Assembly (NCBI GenBank): GCA_002495905.1
Contig: DAHJ01000025.1
Span: 21,995 to 85,994, forward strand
Direction of reading: 5' to 3'
DNA length: 64,000 nt
Origin: Thaumarchaeota archaeon UBA223
Lineage (GTDB): Archaea > Thermoproteota > Nitrososphaeria > Nitrososphaerales > UBA57
The notes under the pieces were generated by a model that saw nothing but the letters and a program-made list of their open reading frames with translations, did no database searches and was not told the DNA's origin. A program made the translations under genes and the position numbers. Below, piece after piece: positions 46,926 to 56,225 of this stretch (positions within the stretch are counted from its first letter, which is position 1; every line of letters begins with the position of its first letter).

Positions 46926-47468
46926 CTATTGCCAATTAAGATTAATTACAAGAAATTCAAATTGATCAAAAGTAAATGGAAAAGTTTCCTCAAAATAATA
47001 AACAGAACTCGATGGAATGCTTGAAATGATAACAGATTCTGTACGAACAGGTATAGCGTCACAACCACAGTCATTCAATATCCACCAAGTAACTTCTACC
47101 TCAATGTCGCTGGCATTTTTTAGTCCAAAATTAATAATCTGACCACTAACAACTGAATAAGATCTACCGTCAATTTCAATTTCATTATTTTGAAATTGTT
47201 GATTAATCGTAAGATTAGCATGAGTAATTAAATTATTTTCAAGAATAAGAGTAAGATTAGAAAGTTGCGTAGAAAGTAATTGATTTTCAGTTATCAAGGA
47301 CTCGATTTGAACAAGGTAATTTTTATTAGAATTCTCAATCTCTTCTAGTTCGGATTCAAGTTGATTGTTATTCGTAATAAAAAAAAATATTAAAAGAATA
47401 GAACTAATCAGTAGGAACAAATATATTATTCCGTACAGACGATTCACAAGTAATCTATAATCATACAA
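46926..47468 (-). CDS. N-terminally anchored coiled-coil protein, hypothetical
   Basis: 180 aa. One TM helix, a Leu/Asn/Gln-rich coiled coil, and a C-terminal beta-rich domain. TTG start in the track. Confidence 0.45.
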   Translation of the reverse strand: MYDYRLLVNRLYGIIYLFLLISSILLIFFFITNNNQLESELEEIENSNKNYLVQIESLITENQLLSTQLSNLTLILENNLITHANLTINQQFQNNEIEIDGRSYSVVSGQIINFGLKNASDIEVEVTWWILNDCGCDAIPVRTESVIISSIPSSSVYYFEETFPFTFDQFEFLVINLNWQ

Positions 47469-47520
47469 GATAATATGTTTTATAATGATTCATATAGATG
47501 CTAATACTAACAAGAAGTAG

Positions 47521-49125
47521 TTGGCCCAAATTAGTTCTAAACAAGATGAAAAAAGAATGTGGAAAAGTCTTGCGAGAGATTTAGGTGTAGAACAAGAAGT
47601 AGATATCTCAAGTTTACAAGATATTAAAAAATATATTGCAAAAACAAAGTATAAAGATCGCATTCCTAGTAATTCAGAGCTGCTAGAGATATTACCAATA
47701 GATAAGCGAAAGCAACATCTGCAATTATTAAAGATAAAACCAACAAAAAGCGCATCAGGTATTGCTGTGATATCAGTAATGACAAAGCCATATAATTGTC
47801 CACATGGAGTTTGTATTTTTTGCCCTGGTGGAGAGAAAATAGGAACTCCACAGAGTTATCTGCCATCAGAACCTGCCACCATGAGAGCATTAGAGGCAGA
47901 ATATGAACCAGAAAAACAAATAGAGAATAGATTCAAACAGTTGACGAATATAGGACATTATATTGACAAAGTCGAATTATTGATAATTGGGGGAACTTTC
48001 ATGAATTTACCATTCGAGTATCAAGAAAGTTTCGTAAAATCATGTTATGATTCATTAAATGGGTTAAAATCAGAAAACTTAGAACAAGCCAAAAAATTAG
48101 CAGAGAAATCGGCAATTAAAAACGTAGGTCTAAGTGTAGAAACAAAACCCGACTGGTGTAAACAAAAACATATTGATTTAGCACTTGATTTTGGAGTAAC
48201 AAGAATTGAAATAGGAGTTCAGACATTATCAGATGAAATATTTAGGAAAACAAATAGAGGACATACTTTACTTGATGTAGAAAAATCATTTCAAATTTCT
48301 AAGGATGCTGGATACAAAATTGTTGCCCATATGATGCCAGGACTTCCTGGTTCTAATTTAAAAAAAGATTTTGACGACTTTGTTACTTTATTTAATGATC
48401 AAAAATACAAGCCAGACATGTTAAAAATTTACCCAACATTGGTAGTTCCGGGAACTGGATTACATAAAATGTACCAGGAAGGTGAATTCAATGCATATAC
48501 AACTGAAGAAGTAATTGACCTATTAGCTAAAGTAAAGAAAGAAGTTCCTCCATGGGTAAGAATAATGAGAATACAAAGAGAAATTTCTGAGGAATTTATT
48601 GAAGCAGGTACTGGCAAAGGAAATATTCGAGAATTAATAAAGGCAAAGATGAAACAAAATGGAGATAAATGTATATGCATAAGATGTAGAGAAATAGGAC
48701 TAAAACAACTTAAAGAAGAATTAGAAATAGAAAAATACGATATTGAAATAACAAATACTCGGTATGAATCGTCAGAAGGAAAAGAATATTTTATCAGTGC
48801 AGAAGAGAAGAATACCAAATCATTAATTGGATTTGTACGAATGCGTATTCCGTCGGAAAAGGCTCATAGAAAAGAAATTGTTGAGAATACTGCAATAGTG
48901 AGAGAATTACACGTATATGGACAAGTAGTGCCCATTGGAGAAAGAGATGTAAAGAGTTGGCAACACAAAGGAATAGGGATAAGATTAATGCAGGAAGCAG
49001 AAAAAATAGCTAAGGAAGAGATGTCGATAAGAAAATTGCTAGTGATAAGCGCAATAGGAACAAGAGAATATTATAGAAGATTAGGATATGAATTAGAAGG
49101 TCCATATATGGGGAAAAAACTCTAG
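47521..49125 (+). CDS. elp3: Elp3-type radical SAM / GNAT acetyltransferase (tRNA U34 modification)
   Basis: 534 aa. Radical SAM cluster motif CPHGVCIFCPGG, and a C-terminal GNAT domain (HKGIGIRLMQEAE). Confidence 0.92.
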   Translation: MAQISSKQDEKRMWKSLARDLGVEQEVDISSLQDIKKYIAKTKYKDRIPSNSELLEILPIDKRKQHLQLLKIKPTKSASGIAVISVMTKPYNCPHGVCIFCPGGEKIGTPQSYLPSEPATMRALEAEYEPEKQIENRFKQLTNIGHYIDKVELLIIGGTFMNLPFEYQESFVKSCYDSLNGLKSENLEQAKKLAEKSAIKNVGLSVETKPDWCKQKHIDLALDFGVTRIEIGVQTLSDEIFRKTNRGHTLLDVEKSFQISKDAGYKIVAHMMPGLPGSNLKKDFDDFVTLFNDQKYKPDMLKIYPTLVVPGTGLHKMYQEGEFNAYTTEEVIDLLAKVKKEVPPWVRIMRIQREISEEFIEAGTGKGNIRELIKAKMKQNGDKCICIRCREIGLKQLKEELEIEKYDIEITNTRYESSEGKEYFISAEEKNTKSLIGFVRMRIPSEKAHRKEIVENTAIVRELHVYGQVVPIGERDVKSWQHKGIGIRLMQEAEKIAKEEMSIRKLLVISAIGTREYYRRLGYELEGPYMGKKL

Positions 49126-49142
49126 ATTAAGGAGTCCTACAC

Positions 49143-51329
49143 ATGAGAAAAACAATAATTTTGATGTTGATATTTTTATTAACTACTTCAATTATATTTC
49201 AATCTAATAATATCAACACAGAAGCAACAAACAATATTGATATTAAAAATATTGAAAGAGAAAAAAGAAATTGGGAGTTTGTAAATCATGATGCATTTGC
49301 TACAAATTATTCGCCACAAGATCAGATCAACACAGAAAATGTTCACATGTTAGAATTGAAATGGACATTTCCATTTCCACCTGCTACAGAATTTTTAAAA
49401 TATCAAGAAGGAGGGATAGCATTCGAAGGTGCAATAACACCGCCATTAATTATAGATGGGGAAGTATTTGTTGCCTCTAATATGAGAAACGTATACTCTT
49501 TTGAAGCTAATTCAGGAGATATGAATTGGATAAATATTTACGAACATAATTGGAATAAAGCAAAACAAGAATTACCTGAAGTTGCAGGAGGAGCACCGCA
49601 CATACATGGTTTACAATATATTGATGGAAACTTATTCACTAGTACTTTAAACTGTGCAGTAGACGCAATTGATGCGAAATCGGGAGAAATATCATTCAGT
49701 ATTCAGGAAATTTGTAAGAACGTTGAAGGTAATTATTATTCTTGGCCTATGTATGAAGGAATTGGAAAATACGGATCGCCTTCTCATCCAGGTCCAATTT
49801 ATGAAGATGAAAATATCTTAGTAGTTGCAATAACAGGAGCTACAGCATCATGGGGAGGAGGAAGAGCATTTATTGATGGATATAATCTCAATGTCAATCC
49901 GCCCGAAAGATTATGGAGGAAATTTCTTGCACCTCCTGGAGAAGGAGATCCAGAATGGGCATTAAGAGAATGTGATAAAGGATGGTTCTTTTCTTATCCA
50001 GAATGGAAAGAATCAGGAAGAATGGGAATCCCTTGTAACGAGGTTCCTAGGGAGAATTTGATAAACGATTGGGGAGTTCCTAAACACTACACGTCTTCAG
50101 TAGCAGCGATTTGGGGACAAATGGCGTTGGATCAGGAAACTGGAATAGTGTACTTTGGAACTGGAAACCAAGGAGGATGGCCAAATCAGACGCATGTAAC
50201 TGGCCCTAATTTATACTCCAGTGCAACGCTAGCAGTTGATGTAAAATCAGGAGAAATTATTTGGTGGTATCAACAAGTAGCAAGAGACATGGTTGAAGGA
50301 GATACATCATGGAACACAGTACTTACAGAATTGAATATCAATGGGGAAAAGAAAAAAGCTATAATAAAATATTCTGTAACGGGTCTTTTATGGGCACTTG
50401 ATGCAGCTACGGGAGAACCATTGTGGATATATGAATCACCAATACTAAAAAGTAGAACTGATTCAGACGGAGTAATCAGAGGCAGGACGTCAGGACATCC
50501 TTGCATAGGATGTGATCCGAGAACACAAGACGGATACTGGAATGATGTAATGAGTCATTACGACATGCAGGAAAAGAAGTGGTTGAATTATCCTTCGAAA
50601 GATTGGTTTTATTGGATTCCTGCAAGAGCTGGAGAAGCAGATATTGCATTAAATACAGATTTAGAAAGAATTTATGTTCCTGTTGCGGGTGGTGTAGATA
50701 AAGCAATAAAAGCAGATAAATATGGAACACTAGGAGTAAGACCTGGACAAGATTACTACATTGATACTTTATCAAAAAATGTAACATTGTATAGTTTAGA
50801 TGCAAACACAGGAGAAGAAATATGGAGTCATTTTATTGATGGAGTAGCTTACAGAGGAGGAGTTATGACGAGCGGAGGAATTGTATTTTTACCTGTTGCA
50901 GATGGAAATCTATATATGTTCAATGCAGAAAATGGAGAAATAATAGATAAAATGTTTCTAGGTAATTCATTAGTTGTTTTACCTACAATTGGTTATACCA
51001 AAGAAGGAGAAGCAAGATTATTTGTAATTAGTGGCGGAAGAGGAGCATATGCAATAGGAGGGATAACGAAACAAAATGTACCAGGAGCTATATATTCATT
51101 CGGTTTACCTGAAGGTTACATTCAACAAGAAGAGAGCATAGAAGAAAGGGTAATTGAAGAAGTTATCGAAGAAAAAATTGAGATAATTGAACAGGAAGAG
51201 TCAGAATCACAGATAAACGAAGAAACAAAAGAACAAGAAAATCAAATAGAACAAGAGAATTATACGATATATTATTTATTGGGAATAATTTTACTAATTG
51301 TTTTAACAGTAATAATTAGAAGACGGTAA
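49143..51329 (+). CDS. PQQ-type quinoprotein dehydrogenase homologue, paralogue B
   Basis: 728 aa. NWEFVNHDAFATNYSPQDQINTENVHMLELKWTFPFP. Propeller repeats. Acidic IEE-rich linker. Tail YYLLGIILLIVLTVIIRRR. AAGGAG lies 9 nt upstream of the ATG, and the gene starts 17 nt after elp3. Confidence 0.8.
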   Translation: MRKTIILMLIFLLTTSIIFQSNNINTEATNNIDIKNIEREKRNWEFVNHDAFATNYSPQDQINTENVHMLELKWTFPFPPATEFLKYQEGGIAFEGAITPPLIIDGEVFVASNMRNVYSFEANSGDMNWINIYEHNWNKAKQELPEVAGGAPHIHGLQYIDGNLFTSTLNCAVDAIDAKSGEISFSIQEICKNVEGNYYSWPMYEGIGKYGSPSHPGPIYEDENILVVAITGATASWGGGRAFIDGYNLNVNPPERLWRKFLAPPGEGDPEWALRECDKGWFFSYPEWKESGRMGIPCNEVPRENLINDWGVPKHYTSSVAAIWGQMALDQETGIVYFGTGNQGGWPNQTHVTGPNLYSSATLAVDVKSGEIIWWYQQVARDMVEGDTSWNTVLTELNINGEKKKAIIKYSVTGLLWALDAATGEPLWIYESPILKSRTDSDGVIRGRTSGHPCIGCDPRTQDGYWNDVMSHYDMQEKKWLNYPSKDWFYWIPARAGEADIALNTDLERIYVPVAGGVDKAIKADKYGTLGVRPGQDYYIDTLSKNVTLYSLDANTGEEIWSHFIDGVAYRGGVMTSGGIVFLPVADGNLYMFNAENGEIIDKMFLGNSLVVLPTIGYTKEGEARLFVISGGRGAYAIGGITKQNVPGAIYSFGLPEGYIQQEESIEERVIEEVIEEKIEIIEQEESESQINEETKEQENQIEQENYTIYYLLGIILLIVLTVIIRRR
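49857..50611 (+). repeat. mosaic tract in PQQ-B: five blocks 100 percent identical to PQQ-C at constant offset +2160
   Basis: Line-by-line comparison. Blocks 49857-49918, 49943-50089, 50112-50180, 50343-50438 and 50487-50611 equal 52017-52078, 52103-52249, 52272-52340, 52503-52598 and 52647-52771. The intervening segments are strongly divergent. Confidence 0.9.
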
Positions 51330-51335
51330 TTAAGA

Positions 51336-53411
51336 GTGTATAGAAATACAAAGATAATATTTTCAATAATATTTACTGTAATATTATTTCATTCAATTAC
51401 AAATCCAATAATTGAAGGTGTATTCTCAGATGAGAACAATAAAGACAATTGGGAACAAATTAACAATAATGTAAGAGGAACAAATTATTCACCACAAAAT
51501 CAAATCAATGCAGATAATGCTCATATGTTGGAATTGAAATGGGCATTTCCAATACCGCCAGTACAAGAATTCAATGAACAAGGAGTCGCCATAACAGAGG
51601 GATCAATGACTCCGCCTTTGATAATTAATGGCACCGTATATTTTACAACCAACATGAGAGATACTTACGCAATAGATTCGGTAACTGGAAGTTTAAAATG
51701 GATAAGTGTATGGGATTTTGATTGGCAAGAAGGTTATAGAAAATTACCAATAACAGGTGGCGCACTACATGTTCATGGTTTGAATTTAATTAATGGAAAA
51801 TTATTTCCAAGTACAGTTGCATGTTCTATTTTAGCAATAGATCCAGAAAACGGAGAAATTGATTTTGAATTGAATGATACTTGCAGAAATATTGAAGGAA
51901 ATGAGTATAATTGGGATTCTTATACGGGGCCAGGATTATGTGGATTATCTTCGCATCCAGGAATAGAATATGAAAACATCTATGTAACACAAATATGTGG
52001 AGCAGATTCTAATTGGGGAGGAAGAGCATTTATTGATGGATATAATCTCAATGTCAATCCGCCCGAAAGATTATGGAGAACATTCTTATCACCCCCATCA
52101 AGAGGAGATCCAGAATGGGCATTAAGAGAATGTGATAAAGGATGGTTCTTTTCTTATCCAGAATGGAAAGAATCAGGAAGAATGGGAATCCCTTGTAACG
52201 AGGTTCCTAGGGAGAATTTGATAAACGATTGGGGAGTTCCTAAACACTATAATTCAGCAGTGGGTTTGCTATGGGGACAAATGGCGTTGGATCAGGAAAC
52301 TGGAATAGTGTACTTTGGAACTGGAAACCAAGGAGGATGGGTAAATAACACTTACGCAATAGGTCCAAATTTATTTGCGTCTTCAATAGTTGCAATGAAT
52401 GTAACAAATGGAGAATTAATTTGGTGGTATCAAACTGTGCCAAGAGATATGGTACAAGCAGATACTGCTTGGAATACAGTACTAACTGAATTGACGATAA
52501 ACGGGGAAAAGAAAAAAGCTATAATAAAATATTCTGTAACGGGTCTTTTATGGGCACTTGATGCAGCTACGGGAGAACCATTGTGGATATATGAATCAAG
52601 TCTTTTAGAAAGTAGAGTAGGTGAAGACGGTATTCCAAGAGGTAGAACGTCAGGACATCCTTGCATAGGATGTGATCCGAGAACACAAGACGGATACTGG
52701 AATGATGTAATGAGTCATTACGACATGCAGGAAAAGAAGTGGTTGAATTATCCTTCGAAAGATTGGTTTTACATTATACCATTAAGAGCTGGAGAAGCAG
52801 ATATTGCATATAATGAAAAAGAAGACATAGTTATATTGCCTTTAAGTCTCGGATGGGATGCAAGTGCAAAAGCAGGGAATCATAAAGGAATAGGAGTACC
52901 TCCAGGAGAATATAATCTGAATTATCCAAAACAAAAACAGAACACAACAATATTAGGAATAGATGCAAATACAGGAGAAGAAATATGGAGTTATTTTATT
53001 GATGGAGTAGCTTACAGAGGAGGAATAATTGCAACAGAAGATTTGGCAATAATTCCAGCGGCAGATGGAAATTTGTACATATTAAATGGATTAACAGGAG
53101 AACTGTTGCATAGAATATTTCTCAATACGCCATTGACAACTCAACCAACAATAGGTAAGAATTCAGATGGCGAATTTCAGATATATGTTATAAATGGAGG
53201 TAGAGGAAGGCAAGAAGTAGGAGGATTAACACATAATCAAATACCTGGATCTGTCATAGCATTGGGATTATCAGAACAGGTAGAAATAGAGGATATTGTT
53301 AAAGAAGATGCTGAAGAAATCGAATCAGCGATATCAGATTCAACTTTTCTTGGAATTATCTTAATTATTATGTTAATTATGGCAGTAATATTATTGCTAA
53401 GAAGAAGGTAA
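51336..53411 (+). CDS. PQQ-type quinoprotein dehydrogenase homologue, paralogue C
   Basis: 691 aa, GTG start 6 nt after the B stop. NWEQINNNVRGTNYSPQNQINADNAHMLELKWAFPIP. Tail FLGIILIIMLIMAVILLLRRR. Confidence 0.8.
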   Translation: MYRNTKIIFSIIFTVILFHSITNPIIEGVFSDENNKDNWEQINNNVRGTNYSPQNQINADNAHMLELKWAFPIPPVQEFNEQGVAITEGSMTPPLIINGTVYFTTNMRDTYAIDSVTGSLKWISVWDFDWQEGYRKLPITGGALHVHGLNLINGKLFPSTVACSILAIDPENGEIDFELNDTCRNIEGNEYNWDSYTGPGLCGLSSHPGIEYENIYVTQICGADSNWGGRAFIDGYNLNVNPPERLWRTFLSPPSRGDPEWALRECDKGWFFSYPEWKESGRMGIPCNEVPRENLINDWGVPKHYNSAVGLLWGQMALDQETGIVYFGTGNQGGWVNNTYAIGPNLFASSIVAMNVTNGELIWWYQTVPRDMVQADTAWNTVLTELTINGEKKKAIIKYSVTGLLWALDAATGEPLWIYESSLLESRVGEDGIPRGRTSGHPCIGCDPRTQDGYWNDVMSHYDMQEKKWLNYPSKDWFYIIPLRAGEADIAYNEKEDIVILPLSLGWDASAKAGNHKGIGVPPGEYNLNYPKQKQNTTILGIDANTGEEIWSYFIDGVAYRGGIIATEDLAIIPAADGNLYILNGLTGELLHRIFLNTPLTTQPTIGKNSDGEFQIYVINGGRGRQEVGGLTHNQIPGSVIALGLSEQVEIEDIVKEDAEEIESAISDSTFLGIILIIMLIMAVILLLRRR
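52017..52771 (+). repeat. mosaic tract in PQQ-C, partner of 49857-50611
   Basis: See the partner feature. Identical blocks of 62, 147, 69, 96 and 125 nt, with no indels between them. Confidence 0.9.
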
Positions 53412-53461
53412 GAACAAATTTTTCACTAAACCTATTAGGGAAGACATGATAAATTTTATTT

Positions 53462-55450
53462 GTGCAGAAAGTAAGCATATTAATTTTTATTTTAATTATT
53501 TCAGCCTTAACTTCATTGAATACTGAAACATTATTTTCAAGTGCGATTGATGATAACGGATTTGATTCAATTGCGCCGAATTATGATTATCGTGCTACAG
53601 GATTCAATCCACAAACTCAAATAAATAAAGAAAATGTCAATAATCTTGAATTAAAATGGGTACACGCATGGCCCTTGCCCGAATCAATAGATGGGATTGA
53701 GCCAAGAGTTGGGTCTATTGCAAATTCCATAATTGTAGATGGAATAGTATACAATAGAATGGAAGATTTGAGAATTTCAGCAATTGATGCAAAAACTGGA
53801 GAAAGTATTTGGTCATTTCAAGCAGACCCATATCTAGTAAATATAGAAATTGCAAAAAGAGAATTACCCGTTAATCTAGATTTTTATCCCTCATTATCTA
53901 GTCATGCACACAGTTTTTCTTTTGCAGAAAATAAAATATTTGCACCATGGCCAAATTGTCAAGTTTTTGGTCTCAATGCAAAAACTGGTGAAATTGAATT
54001 TAGATTAAAGACGCCAACTTGTAAAGATTTAGAAGGAAATGAAGGTTTATTCAAAGGTTTACAATCTTCAGGTCCTGTGTTTGACACTGTCAATCGTATT
54101 TTAATTTACGGAACAGGAGGAAGAGAAGCTGTAGAAGGAGGAAGAGGTGCATTTAGAGGATATGATCTTGATTCAGGAGAATTATTATGGACATTTTATT
54201 TGATGCCCCCGCAAGATGTGGGAGATCCAGAATGGACTATAAGAGTAGCCGATAAAGGTTGGATTCAAGGAATAAGAGCATCCAATATTCCAGAAGATAT
54301 TTTAAGAAATGACTGGGGAAGATGTCCAGAAAATTGTGGATTTGGAAAAGGAGATATGGGAATAGGATGGGGTCAATGGGCAGTAGATGAAGATAATGGA
54401 ATTGCATATTTAGCGACAGGTAATCCATCGCCAAGTTGGAATGCAACATACAGACCAGGGCCAAACGTTTTTAGTAATTCAGTTTTAGCGATAGAAACTA
54501 AAACAGGGAATTTACTGTGGTGGCATCAGATTGTAGCACATGATTTAGGAGACTTAGATTGTTCTTGGAATACAGTATTAGCAGAGATAGATGGAACAAA
54601 AACAGTTTTCAAATTATGTAAAGGAGCTTTTCTTTATGCAATGAATGCAGAAACTGGAGAATTATTATGGAGTACAGATTATCATCCACATGTTAAACGA
54701 GGATCAATAGGTCCAGATCCAAATTTTGATTTGGCATTGGATCCATTGAATAAAGATGATATGAATAAACCATGGGTGTCATATCCTGGCAATGAACCAA
54801 ACTGGAGAAAAGAATCAGGAGGAGCAGAGTCAGATGTTACATTGGCATATGGAAAAGTATTTTCTACAACTTATCATAAATGGTCATTACAAAAGATTAC
54901 ATCAGTAGAGCCATCAATGCGAGATTCATGGGGAAGAATTTCAATGTATTCAGATCAAGAACTTGCATCGAATGCGACAGTATGGGCACATGATGCAAAA
55001 ACTGGAGAACTGATTTGGAAATATGACATAGACAAAGTAGGAATAAGAGGTGGAGTAACTGCTTCAGGAGAGATGATTTGGTTTTGTGACACTGATGGAG
55101 TAATAAGAGCTTTAGATGAGGAAAATGGAAATGTGTTGTGGGAAAGATCTCAAGGTCATCAATGTCCAGTACAACCATCATTTGGAGCTGATAAAGATGG
55201 AAATATCAAGATATTTTCTTTAATAGGGTCAGGAGGAATATTAGGAAGATCAGAACCAATACCTGGGGCGTTACTTGCATATGGATTATCGGGAAACACA
55301 GAAGCAAATGTAAAAAAAGATGTAGAAGTGATTGTTGAAACAGAGATAATAACAGAAGAAATCATAAGTCCAGTTTCATATTTGATACTTGGATTTTCAT
55401 TATTATTGATAATTACTTCGTTATTGATTTTGAGAAAGTCTAAAAATTAA
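53462..55450 (+). CDS. PQQ-type quinoprotein dehydrogenase homologue, paralogue D
   Basis: 662 aa, GTG start. YDYRATGFNPQTQINKENVNNLELKWVHAWP. HDLGDLDCSWN. Tail ISPVSYLILGFSLLLIITSLLILRKSKN. Confidence 0.78.
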   Translation: MQKVSILIFILIISALTSLNTETLFSSAIDDNGFDSIAPNYDYRATGFNPQTQINKENVNNLELKWVHAWPLPESIDGIEPRVGSIANSIIVDGIVYNRMEDLRISAIDAKTGESIWSFQADPYLVNIEIAKRELPVNLDFYPSLSSHAHSFSFAENKIFAPWPNCQVFGLNAKTGEIEFRLKTPTCKDLEGNEGLFKGLQSSGPVFDTVNRILIYGTGGREAVEGGRGAFRGYDLDSGELLWTFYLMPPQDVGDPEWTIRVADKGWIQGIRASNIPEDILRNDWGRCPENCGFGKGDMGIGWGQWAVDEDNGIAYLATGNPSPSWNATYRPGPNVFSNSVLAIETKTGNLLWWHQIVAHDLGDLDCSWNTVLAEIDGTKTVFKLCKGAFLYAMNAETGELLWSTDYHPHVKRGSIGPDPNFDLALDPLNKDDMNKPWVSYPGNEPNWRKESGGAESDVTLAYGKVFSTTYHKWSLQKITSVEPSMRDSWGRISMYSDQELASNATVWAHDAKTGELIWKYDIDKVGIRGGVTASGEMIWFCDTDGVIRALDEENGNVLWERSQGHQCPVQPSFGADKDGNIKIFSLIGSGGILGRSEPIPGALLAYGLSGNTEANVKKDVEVIVETEIITEEIISPVSYLILGFSLLLIITSLLILRKSKN

Positions 55451-55455
55451 ACAGA

Positions 55456-56223
55456 TTAAGGTCGATCAAAGAGTCCAAGTTCTTCGTATGAAATTACTAC
55501 ATTTCTATCTAGTACGCTGAAATCTCCATATTTATACCATTTTAATGGAAATACAGTACCTTCTGCAACTACTTCAGTTTCAAAATTCAAGAAATCCCAT
55601 CGATCGTCAATCATAAGCCATTCACCGTCAGAGAATTCCCATACAGAAATTACATTAACTTCCATACTAAATTCACCAATCAGTTTTCCTTCGCCGTGAT
55701 TATAAAGAGAATGAACTACAGTAGCTTGATCTCCAACAAATGTAACATCATAACTAACGATATTAAGTTCGATTGACATGGTATTTCCAAGAATTGTAGA
55801 AATCAGAATTCGTATATTGTTATATCCTTTGTAACTTCCTGCAAAAGCACCTGCTTGTCCAGTCCATTCAGCATAGGTAGCTTTATCATTAGAATAATAC
55901 TTTAGAGTTTCTCGACTATCTCTGGAACCAAAAGCTTTATGGAAGTCGTCAATTGTAGTTCTAAGTAATTCTTTTTGTGGATGATCACCACTAATAACTT
56001 CTTCAGCTTGAACAACTACTTCAACTTGAACAGGTTCTGCTTCTCCTTCGCGAGGTTCTTCTTGAACAGCAACTTCAACAACTCTAACAGGTTCAGTTAC
56101 AATTTCATTATCAGGAAAAACAGGTAATGTAGGATAAGTAATAATTCCAACGATTCCGACTATTCCTATAAGGAAAAAAACTGCTGCAATCTTAGTTCTA
56201 TCTGATTTAGTTAATGTTGCCAT
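55456..56223 (-). CDS. N-terminally anchored NTF2/SnoaL-like fold protein
   Basis: 255 aa. TM helix, acidic E/V/P linker, then about 150 aa with an NTF2-like pattern ending ISVWEFSDGEWLMIDDRWDF. Its start lies 2 nt after the PQQ-E stop. Confidence 0.55.
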   Translation of the reverse strand: MATLTKSDRTKIAAVFFLIGIVGIVGIITYPTLPVFPDNEIVTEPVRVVEVAVQEEPREGEAEPVQVEVVVQAEEVISGDHPQKELLRTTIDDFHKAFGSRDSRETLKYYSNDKATYAEWTGQAGAFAGSYKGYNNIRILISTILGNTMSIELNIVSYDVTFVGDQATVVHSLYNHGEGKLIGEFSMEVNVISVWEFSDGEWLMIDDRWDFLNFETEVVAEGTVFPLKWYKYGDFSVLDRNVVISYEELGLFDRP

Positions 56224-56225
56224 AA

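Noticed and set aside
50270-50506. Pair of similar antisense ORFs (50270-50506 and 52430-52666), both starting MQGCPDVLPL
   Set aside because: Their similarity is a by-product of the identical B/C sense-strand blocks. Both lie antisense inside the PQQ-type genes.
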